Source: Spongospora subterranea f. sp. subterranea
Lineage: Eukaryota
Direction: 5' to 3'
DNA: 64,000 bases
Assembly: GCA_049724395.1 (NCBI GenBank)
Contig: JAUGWO010000128.1
Span: 62,001-126,000 of the forward strand
Shown: in pieces, positions 1 to 10,345 of the stretch
How positions within the stretch are numbered: the stretch's first letter is position 1
Layout of the letters: each line of letters begins with the position of its first letter
Notes under the pieces: generated by a model
What the model was told of the DNA's origin: nothing
Databases searched by the model: none
The model's input: only the letters and a program-made list of their open reading frames with translations
Translations under genes and position numbers: made by a program

Positions 1-992
1 GGTTGAAAATGCATGGCCACAGTGCATGACAACATGACTACCTCGGTTGAAAATGCATGGCCACAGTGCATGACATGACTACCTCGGTTGAAAATGCATG
101 GCCACAGTGCATGACATGACTACCTCGGTTGAAAATGCATGGCCACAGTGCACAACATGACTACCTCGGTTGAAAATGCATGGCCACAGTGCATGACAAC
201 ATGACTACCTCGGTTGAAAATGCATGGCCACAGTGCATGACAACATGACTACCTCGGTTGAAAATGCATGGCCACAGTGCATGACAACATGACTACCTCG
301 GTTGAAAATGCATGGCCACAGTGCATGACAACATGACTACCTCGGTTGAAAATGCATGGCCACAGTGCATGACAACATGACTACCTCGGTTGAAAATGCA
401 TGGCCACAGTGCATGACAACATGACTACCTCGGTTGAAAATGCATGGCCAACATGACAACATGACTACCTCGGTTGAAAATGCATGGCCACAGTGCATGA
501 CAACATGACTACCTCGGTTGAAAATGCATGGCCACAGTGCATGACAACATGACTACCTCGGTTGAAAATGCATGGCCACAGTGCATGACAACATGACTAC
601 CTCGGTTGAAAATGCATGGCCACAGTGCATGACAACATGACTACCTCGGTTGAAAATGCATGGCCACAGTGCATGACAACATGACTACCTCGGTTGAAAA
701 TGCATGGCCACAGTGCATGACAACATGACTACCTCGGTTGAAAATGCATGGCCACAGTGCATGACAACATGACTACCTCGGTTGAAAATGCATGGCCACA
801 GTGCATGACAACATGACTACCCGGTTGAAAATGCATGGCCACAGTGCATGACAACATGACTACCTCGGTTGAAAATGCATGGCCACAGTGCAGGACTACA
901 TGACTACCTCGGTTGAAAATGCATGGCCACAGTGCATGACAACATGACTACCTCGGTTGAAAATGCATGGCCACAGTGCACGACAACATGAC
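1..992. repeat. Tandem array, 44-bp unit GGTTGAAAATGCATGGCCACAGTGCATGACAACATGACTACCTC, about 23 copies, open at the window start
   Basis: Unit starts at 1,45,86,127,168,212,256,300,344,388,432,472,516,560,604,648,692,736,780,823,867,911,955. A few units are 40-43 bp deletion variants. No unique spacers. Confidence 0.97.
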
Positions 993-2575
993 ATGCTTAC
1001 TCAGCTGCTCAGTGGCCGGAGCGCTCATCAACTACTCAGAAAGGTATGTTGCTTACGACGGCGCTTTGAAGATCCCATATTTTCAGCAAACAGAAGCCAT
1101 CGTCGCAAAGCCCGAAATTTAAAGGCCAACGGAAAAAAGATCCCCATCGTTGAGGTTTCCAGAAGCAAAAAAATTGTTCATCACTATTTCCCAACTGTAC
1201 GACACTGCGAACCGAATCACATTGACGAGGTGAGGATTGAGAATTCCCATTATTCCTTTGAAGGTTCGTTCTATTATTGGACCTGAAGAAATGCTCAAGG
1301 CCCACTCTTAATCCTATTCTCGTTAGGGTGGGGCAGAGAACAGAGAGAAAGAGCCAGAGAGAGAAAAGAAGAGCAAGTACCGAAATCAGGTCGCAGTCAT
1401 ATTATCATCCATGCGCCGATGACAGCGCTACATTCTCGCGCTGAAAATTTTGATTTTATCGAAACTATAACGAATGATATTTCCAACTCACTTCGGCCCT
1501 GCTTCCTGTCGTGATGATCAACAAGGGGCCAGCAGATTTAAATGTTCTGAAGCAACGGCCTTAACAACACAACCAAATAAAAAATGTTGACGTTGACCAC
1601 CTGTTAAGTAGCCGTCAAGAGGTTTGTTGTGAACCAGATCGTGGCACGGTCAGCTTTCTCTAACGATCTCGTAATCTCCTAATATGCTGATACTTCCCAA
1701 GATAAAGACTTGGTATAGGCAGGTAGATGAAATTAAGCCACCAATACAATTGCAACTGATATTGCGCTGGAATGATCTTATGCCTCAACCCGACGTGTCA
1801 AATCGACCAAACCGAAACCATGGAAAGGAGTTCCAAACATTGTGATTTGAGCTTGCTTTTTTCAACAGCAATATTGAGAACTATATCATGTGCGGTTATA
1901 GCAACATCGTTGGTACTCCAGAGCTGTGGAGATCTGAGAGCTGGGGTTTATGATAATATTCATCATGAGCCCTGTGCGATAACAGTCTTCAACAAAACCA
2001 GAGCTCCAGCCATATTATAATGCTTCAACTGCCCAAATGACACCAGCCTTGAACGTTTCGTAGTGTCGATTAGGGGGCCTCGGCTCCACTGTCATAAAGA
2101 AGCCTTGAATGAAGTAGGAAAGGAGCCGACAGCTTAAGAATATATAGCATCACATATAATATAATGATGACACATGTAAATCAAAGCCTGTCAGCGGGTA
2201 TACAGCATTGCCCACTTTGGTTGATTGGCATAAATTGTGACCGAACAGTTTCCAGTCTATTGGCAAAACCTCAAAACACAAAGGTAAGACACGATAGTGA
2301 TCTTCGTATATTGGGATAAATAAATCCGGCACTGATTATAATAACAACAATCTACATAGTACTCAGGCGCATCGACACAATGGCGGTAAAACAGGAACTT
2401 AGTTAAACCTCAAAAGAATGACTGAAGTGGTGATTGGCTGGGCCAATACGACTTATCTGGTTTCAATGGATTCCTCGTTGACCGTTTCCAAACCAACAGC
2501 AGCTTTATCCCTAATCTGACCGCTCAATTCATTCATGTACACTAATGTCTGTTCATCTGGCAGCTTATTGGGCGG

Positions 2576-3163
2576 GCATCCATCATTCGTCAGGTATTCG
2601 ATTAGATGTATACAGCCTATCAGTTAGTTGGTGTTCTGACGATATGTGCAGATGGAGGTATTGTTGCCGGAGGTTATTCCGATAGATCAGTTGGAATCTG
2701 GAATTTGAATCAGCCAGCTGAACAGTTTAAACCACCCTATATGACCATAATTGGGCATAGTAGTCCAGTATTGGCAATTGATATGAGCAGTGATAACCGA
2801 TACTGTCTTCCTGTCTCTGAAGACGGTACAGCCAGACTATGGTCAGCCGCTGATAATCTCGGTCTAGTGTCCTATAGCGGGCACAATTATCCTGTTTGGG
2901 ATGTGCGGTTTAGTCCATTGGGTTCGTAATCATTTGTTGCTTGGCACGTTGTTACGTTGTTTGAACGCTCTGTAGATATTGCTTCGCTTACGGCGTCCCG
3001 CGTTAGAACAGCAAGACCGGACGTTGATTGTGGCACATTTCATCCCAATTTCAATCATTGTTCCTGTTTGTTTCAGCTTTATGTTCTTATTCTTCGTAAC
3101 ATGGTATCTTTTGGTGGTTGCCGGGTTGACCGAAATAAATCGATTCGTTTTTTTAGATATTCA
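2576..3163 (+). pseudogene. Partial inverted duplicate of the TAF5 gene (WD40 region), intron retained
   Basis: Near-identical to the reverse complement of ~10956-11527 (e.g. [21 protein letters not shown]), including the intron gtattcgattag..gtgcag. It degrades after ~2945, with a deletion near 3015 and an insertion at ~3061-3118. Confidence 0.9.
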
Positions 3164-3289
3164 AAAACGTTGTTTTTCCATTGGTGACTGTTACACTCCA
3201 GCGTCAAAACAGGCTCAACTTTTTTCGAGGCCATACATGCGATGATTTCTAAATTCATACCGCTTTATCAAAAACTTTGAAATTCGGAA

Positions 3290-4270
3290 TGATTTCTCCA
3301 GCAACAAATGGTGCAGGGCAGTGACAGTCTTGAAATTGTTTAGGTCGCCCGCTGAGGATTAGGCAACAAAATGCTGCGCATCTTCAGTAGACGACGACTT
3401 TGAATCGGAACGGCCAACCTTAACAAAAATTCGAAACGAATCGCATATAGACATTGTCAATGGAGTTCAATTCACATAATGCCCTATAGAATAACGTACA
3501 CGATGGCTGGACTTTGATCACTGATTCTATTGTAAAGGTTATTCGTTTACCAGTTGAAAAACTTGGGAGATCTCTGGTACTGCCGACCTAACGAGCAATC
3601 ACAGTTCAAAACTCTGGATACTTCAACCGCATGATATCGCGAGTTTTGGTCACGCCCAGCATAGCCGGGCCAAATTCCATGGCGTATGTTACCTCCTCGG
3701 CACTCATCTCCTTCTCGAACGATATGAGACGTCTGGAAGATGCCCGAATTGAATCAAGATGTCACGGGTGAGAATGCACTGCCGTTGTACTGTACGAGCC
3801 GTTCGATGACGTAGACTAGACTTTGGACCAGACGCAAGGAGATTTGCGGTGCGGTTTCGCACCTTCTGGTGTGACACAATTAAAACCGTATTTTTTGTTG
3901 ATGATACAGTACATAGAACCTCGACCAACAACAGGTTCATGTTCACAGGCGGGAAACATTATCTCGAATTGAGACCTTGTCAAGTTTTTCGTGTCAAGCC
4001 CGATCATGGTGCCGTTTTCCCTTGCCATCTCTTGGAAAGGTTTTGTAAACTCAGAGTAAAGGGGGCAATTGCCAGAACGGCGTTTAAGGGTTCCGTGAGA
4101 TGCGGCGCGTTTGCGGAACAAGGGGTATCAGGGATCGGCTGCACAAACGACGCCTGTTCTGCGTCATGTGCGGGTGGAGCTTCTGGGACAACAGCTGCGT
4201 CATAGACTGGTAAAGTCTCCGGGACAATCGGCAGTTTAGGAACGAGATTCCGCAAGAATCCGAACATTTT
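3290..4270 (-). mobile_element. Degenerate MULE/FAR1-like transposase relic
   Basis: Broken frames give PFQEMARENG...C...KSPCVWSKV*STSSNGSYSTTAVHSHP*, resembling a FAR1/WRKY-GCM C..W...HxH pattern. A CHCPAPFVAG SWIM-like piece lies near 3300-3330. No DDE core seen. Confidence 0.4.
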
Positions 4271-4868
4271 ATTTTTACAGTTGATGTAACTCAACTCCGT
4301 CGTCTGGTGAGGGTGACCAACTGACCATAAAGGAGCGCAACCTGACAACTAGTACAGTGAACCCTACTGGCGGACAGAATCCTTTCCATCAGTCTGTCCG
4401 CCGGCGGACACTGAAAAAATTTCCCGATTAGAGTGTGGAGTTTGTATTTATGTACTGTTACTGTAACTAAAGGAGTAATTTATCTAAATGTACCTAAAAG
4501 TGTGTCACACCGCAGCTTCCTGTAACATTTCGAAAGCGCGACGCCAATGTATACAGTACTCTCCGAACGCATTGCCGTTTTGTTTCGTTCAACATGTATT
4601 CCCCTATTTTCAAAAGGTGCCTATTTCCTTCTTTTTTGGGTGACCAAGGATTGGGGATGGTTTGGACTGTGCAGTCAATGACCTAAGGCGCCAATCAATC
4701 AGTCGCCAGAGTACGGTTCGTCACGCGGTCAAAAGCTACCTTACAGAGTACTTAAACCTTATTTATCATGTGCCAGTCGATCGCATTAACTGTACTCTGA
4801 TCTCCAAATTATGCTTCGCCTTTCATATCAATTTTGATTCTAAGTTAGCTTGGTGCCTGTGAGTCATC

Positions 4869-7065
4869 ATGCGGCTTTCGCAGAAATGCATAATACTGGC
4901 GTTGCTGGCAACAATCATTATCGTATCGCTGCAAGTAGAGGGTCAAGCTACTACGCAAAGAGCTACTACTCAGAAGTCGACCACCAAGAAGCCGACTACA
5001 CAAAAGCCGACTACTCAGAAGCCGACCACAAAGAAGCCGACTACTCACAAGCCGACTACACAAAAACCAACTACTCACAAGCCGACCACCAAGAAGCCGA
5101 CCACAAAGAAGCCGACTACTCACAAGCCGACTACACATAAACCGACTACTCACAAGCCGACCACCAAGAAGCCGACCACTAAGAAGCCGACCACCAAGAA
5201 GCCGACCACCAAGAAGCCGACCACTAAGAAGCCGACCACCAAGAAGCCGACTACTCACAAGCCAACTACACAAAAGTCGACCACAAAGAAGCCGACCACC
5301 AAAAAGCCGACCACCAAGAAGCCGACCACTAAGAAGCCGACCACCAAGAAGCCGACCACCAAAAAGCCGACCACCAAAAAGCCGACCACTAAGAAGCCGA
5401 CCACCAAGAAGCCGACCACTAAGAAGCCGACCACCAAGAAGCCGACTACTCACAAATCGACTACAAAGAAGCCGACTACTCACAAATCGACTACAAAGAA
5501 GCCGACTACTCACAAATCGACGACAAAGAAGCCAACTACGGCCAAGAAGGGAACCACCAGAAAAAAACCCACTACCGTCAAGAAGGGGACAACTAAGAAA
5601 CCGACAACTGTCAAGAAGGGAACAACCAAGAAACCCACTACCGTTAAGAAGGGAACCACCAAGAAGCCCACCACCGTCAAGAAGGGAACTACCAAGAAAC
5701 CGACAACTGTCAAGAAGGGAACCACCAAGAAACCCACTACCGTTAAGAAGGGAACCACCAAGAAGCCCACCACCGTCAAGAAGGGAACTACCAAGAAACC
5801 GACAACTGTCAAGAAGGGAACCACCAAGAAACCCACTACCGTTAAGAAGGGAACCACCAAGAAGCCCACCACCATCAAGAAGGGGACTACCAAGAAACCG
5901 ACAACTGTCAAGAAGGGAACCACCAAGAAACCCACTACCGTCAAGAAGGGAACCACCAAGAAACCCACTACCGTCAAGAAGGGAACCACCAAGAAACCCA
6001 CTACCGTCAAAAAGGGAACCACCAAGAAACCCACTACCGTTAAGAAGGGAACTACCAAGAAGCCCACCACCGTCAAGAAGGGAACTACCAAGAAACCGAC
6101 AACTGTCAAGAGAGAAGGGAACCACCAAGAAGCCCACTACCGTTAAAAAGGGAACTACCAAGAAGCTCACTACCGTTAAGAAGGGAACCACCAAGAAGCC
6201 CACTACCGTCAAGAAGGGAACTACCAAAAAGCCCACTACCGTAAAGAAGGGAACCACAAAGAAGCCCACTACCGTCAAGAAGGGAACTACCAAGAAATCC
6301 GCGACCGTTAAAAAGGGAACTACTAAGAAGCCAACGACCATGAAGAAGGGAACTACCACTGCCAGTATGCCCCCACCTCCTACGGTTATGAAATGTTCCA
6401 ACGAGTGGGTATCCCTTAACTCAAGTTACATCGTTAAGAAGGCAAACTTCTCTTACATTCAGCAAATGCCGATGAACATGACCGGTCAATTGACAGTGTA
6501 CATTAATCTCACCAGTACGGGAGGGAAGTACCAGCCAAAGACGCCATTCTACGCTCATGTCAATGTCGGTGGCTGTAACAATCCAGGTGCTCATCTTAAG
6601 ATTAACATGAGCATGCCTGCCGGGCCTCAAAACGAAATCTGGTTCAACTTGAGCGCATCAGCAATGGGACCCAGTTATATGGTTAATGTCATGAAGGGAG
6701 CCCGTCTTTCCAACTTAACCTTGGCAAGATCGTTGGTGATTGATGATGCTATGGGCTTGCCCATGGCCTGCTGTGATTTGGCTCCTCCTCCTCTTCCTCC
6801 CACATCGCCGCCGCCCTCTTCTGCCCCCACGACAATGCCTCCTACGACGATGCCTCCTACGACAAAGGCGGCAACGGTGGCGACCACAGCATCAACTGCA
6901 GCGTCTACCGCACCCACAACAGCTCCTGTCACCGTTACTACGACCATTCCGCCAACTACCATTCCAGCCAGTACAGAAGCTCCTACAGCTGGAGCAAATT
7001 CGGTTCATGTTTCATTTGTGGTAGTGGCGTTAACATTGTTGAGCACTTTGGCCTTCTTATTGTAA
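4869..7065 (+). CDS. Secreted, probably GPI-anchored Lys/Thr-repeat (mucin-like) surface protein with a Cu/Zn-SOD-like domain; one apparent 4-nt frameshift at ~6111
   Basis: Order of parts: signal peptide MRLSQKCIILALLATIIIVSLQVEG; KPTT(K/H/Q) pentamers; KKPTTVKKGTT 11-mers; globular domain (6394-6780); Pro/Thr linker; hydrophobic C-terminus. gtcaag-AGAG-aaggga at 6111-6114 breaks the repeat unit, and removing it joins ORFs 4869 and 6340 into ~730 aa. Confidence 0.85.
4960..6360 (+). repeat. Coding minisatellites: 15-bp unit (KPTTK) switching to a 33-bp unit (KKPTTVKKGTT) at ~5540
   Basis: Directly visible. Synonymous variation between units supports coding constraint. Confidence 0.95.
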
Positions 7066-7178
7066 GCAAATCATCGTCATTGCCCATTCGGAGGATATTT
7101 TTTTTGAGAACCTTATGAATAAACTTCATGTTTCCCCATGTTTCGTGACATTAATCGACCCATAGAAGCGAGAGCAAC

Positions 7179-7620
7179 GTGTAACATTGCAACAGGCGAT
7201 TAAATTGCGATCTCGTTTTCATCAGTGTAACATTGCAACAGGCGATTAAATTGCGATCTCTTTCATCAGTGTAACATTGCAACAGGCGATTAAATTGCGA
7301 TCTCTTTCATCAGTGTAACATTGCAACAGGCGATTAAATTGCGATCTCTTTCATCAGTGTAACATTGCAACAGGCGATTGAATTGCGATCTCTTTCATCA
7401 GTGTAACATTGCAACAGGCGATTAAATTGCGATCTCTTTCATCAGTGTAACATTGCAACAGGCGATTAAATTGCGATCTCTTTCATCAGTGTAACATTGC
7501 GACAGGCGATTAAATTGCGATCTCTTTCATCAGTGTAACATTGCAACAGGCGATTAAATTGCGATCTCTTTCATCAGTGTAACATTGCAACAGGCGATTA
7601 AATTGCGATCTCTTTCATCA
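7179..7620. repeat. Tandem array, 44-bp unit GTGTAACATTGCAACAGGCGATTAAATTGCGATCTCTTTCATCA, 10 copies, plus a degenerate copy at ~7701-7744
   Basis: Unit starts at 7179,7225,7269,7313,7357,7401,7445,7489,7533,7577. Confidence 0.97.
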
Positions 7621-8324
7621 GTGTCCGTAATACAATTTCTTGTTTCCCAATGTTTCGTGACATTAATCGACGATTAGAATCGAGAGCAAATGTCACTTGA
7701 GTGTAACATTGCAACAACCGATGTGATTGCGATCTCATCCTTCAGTGTCCGTATTTCGAATACACATGCAGAACAGCGCGTCCTTCATCGTGAGTAACAC
7801 AGAAGATACAGTGGCAAACGTTGATGATTATAATATCAGTGTGTTTCAGTGCAAATACGGTAAGATCGAACAGACGCTCTAAGTTTTCGATTCGAAAGGA
7901 TGTATTATCACGATGAACCTGGTCGCAAAGACAACCCTCCTGGGCGTGGACGACATAGACACAGGAATCAGACAAATTTCATCGAGAAATTGATTTTGAG
8001 TTCCGGCAATAATCAACTGATCACAAATATGCATCAAACCAGGTGCAGAGTGTGGAACGTCTATCAGATATCAGGGGTTTTGTATTGACTGTTCGAAGTC
8101 CGAAGCGAAGTCCGACACGGGGGGATTGTTCTACCCCAACACCAAGCAATATCTCGTGCTAAGAGATCGAGTACTGGAATTGATCCCTGTCCTTCGTTCT
8201 CCGATATCTTTCAATTATCCAAATTATTTATCTACATAGTCATTAGGCGCCTAATATATTGGTTGCCTCGATATTTCTGCTCTTTTCGCATTGGCTTCTC
8301 ATCAACGTGCAGCGTCTCCATTTC

Positions 8325-10299
8325 ATGGAGCCATATGCCTCTTCGGTATATTTTCGTATGTTCTCCATCGGATAACCTAACTTACCCTTTGATAGATGGA
8401 GCCCAATTTCATTTATGAATCTCAGCCGGCGTCACTGATCACTCCTTTCCAGCCAATCCCTCAGGTCACCCCTTGTGCTTGTCTGATTCTTTGACGCCGA
8501 TATTGTCCATGCAGTTTCCGGGCTCCTCAGTCCCCCATGATCGGCCTATGGTCCCCACCCAAGCCAGAGGGGCCAACTCAGTACCATACCCTCTTCCACA
8601 ACCCATCACCACGCTTGTTCGTCAGATGCACACCAAGCGGTTCCGCCTGCTGCTGCCGGATTTATCCAGCCAGAATGAATGCCATCTCTGTCAAGATCCA
8701 ATTCAAACTGTGTTAGCCGAGACAACATTTCGTTGCTGTATGTCGTTGGGGCTGAAAAACCTTCGCGATAAACCCAACAACCTCTGTATTTCGCTAATCG
8801 ATGATGGGCTTGATTTCAAGATCCCGTTCAAGGTGTACGCCCCTTCAACTATCAAACGAGGTCGTTCAAGTCTCCGTCGAAACTGTTTAGTGTTTGTAAT
8901 CGCACCACAGCTTGTGGCTCATTTATTTTGCCGAACCCCGTTGGTGTCGCGAGGATCTATAAAATGGACTGAAGGGCAAGAGCCGTTTGCCGCGTTTGAG
9001 GACGAGATGGGATATGTGTTGAGAATCATATCGACACCGGAGATGGGCGCGGTCAGGGTGGCGCTGTCTTTGGACGTGACCAGCAATCTTCTTCAGGATG
9101 ATATCATCGAGGACATGGCATCGTCCGACAGCAACCAGCAGAATACCTCGTCAAGCCACGCGGGGGTTGACGATAGTATTGCTGGAGTAGCTTCAGGTCC
9201 CGGTCGCGAAAGATGTCTCATTCCAGACTTAACCCTCAAAGCCAATACTTCATGCCGGGGTGTGTCAGTTTACCGTCCCCAATCCTTTGTTATTCACTGC
9301 AATCCCTAGGGTTCCGCATCGCGTCGTATTCGTTCCAGATGCAAATGATGACCTCGACTTCCAAAAATCTAAGACAACGTGCGTGCAGTTTTGATATATT
9401 TATAAGGAACCGTAATGGATTGTCGGAGAACGATCCCGAATACAACAACTTCACCGATGTTGTTCCTTTTCGGATCAAATGGAAAGTTTATGCGGATTCA
9501 ACGATCAAACGGGGGAAGAAGTCGCTACGAAGAAACGATTTTGGTCAGCGCAATACGTGGTTATTTATCATAATTTTGATTTGACAGTCTGCTCTAGTGT
9601 TCCCCATTGATGATGATCATGTCTTAATTGTATTTTGTCAAACGCCTCCTCAGTTTGGAAATGAACGCCTTGCGTTAAAATGGACTGAAGAAAAGCAAGA
9701 ACAATTTTTGGCGTTTGAGTCGGTCTGTATATGTTGAAAAATCATTGATCGCCTTAATTACTGAACTATCAATTGGAATTTTCCAGGGTTTGCAATTCGG
9801 TATTCAGATCTATTCAAGAGAGCGATCCGATAATGCTCAGATAATAAGGAATAAGAGTAGCGATGATGACGAGAGGATTGCTAACTGGCAAGATGATATA
9901 TGCCCTGATCGCGAAATCGCCCCAAGGGTAGAGCACCCAATTGTATCGGCAGCGTCATTGTGGCACATTCACCCTAACATATGGAATATGTCCATGAATA
10001 CGGGTTCCAAGTTCTTTGTGATGATAACCTGTCCTCTGACTCGACAATTGCCGCGCGACTGCTTGGTGCAATTGCATCTTCAGGATAAGGCTATTGTGGC
10101 TGAGATCGCCCAGATCGACGAGCGAACCAGGAGGTCAATTATGGTATCAATGCCGGCTGTCTTCTCCCAAGAGAAGGTTTTGCAAGCTACTACGACTGGA
10201 ATTCAGATGGAGCGCCTGGTGGATCTTAGCATCTTAGCTGGACCGGAAGGGGCTACGATATGGAAGACTACTTTCATCTACGAGATTGGCCATCGGTAG
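8325..10299 (+). CDS. Multi-exon protein with two copies of an unrecognised ~130-150-aa domain and a C-terminal IPT/TIG-like domain
   Basis: Splicing GT-AG introns links ORFs 8473, 9213 and 9715. Copy 1 reads FKIPFKVYAPSTIKRGRSSLRRNCLVF..FCRTP..IKWTE. Copy 2 reads FRIKWKVYADSTIKRGKKSLRRNDFVF..FCQTP..LKWTE. The C-terminus reads LWHIHPN..GSKFFVMI..SIMVSMP..TFIYE. Confidence 0.7.
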
Positions 10300-10345
10300 G
10301 GTCAAGATATTATTGAACTGTCGATTAATAAATGTCTGAAATGTA

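Noticed and set aside
1..992. CRISPR array
   Set aside because: Units are head-to-tail with no unique spacers, there are no cas genes, and the context is eukaryotic.
957..1286. 109-aa ORF
   Set aside because: It starts at a TTG inside the satellite and has no recognisable motif.
1700..2400. Decayed coding-like sequence on the - strand
   Set aside because: Many stops and no motif I can assign.
4845..6401. 518-aa, 199-aa and 60-aa hydrophobic ORFs on the - strand
   Set aside because: These are antisense shadows of the Lys/Thr coding repeat. The + strand has the signal peptide and anchor.
7179..7620. CRISPR array (the unit contains ATTGCAAC, similar to some CRISPR repeat ends)
   Set aside because: The whole 44-mer is repeated without variable spacers.
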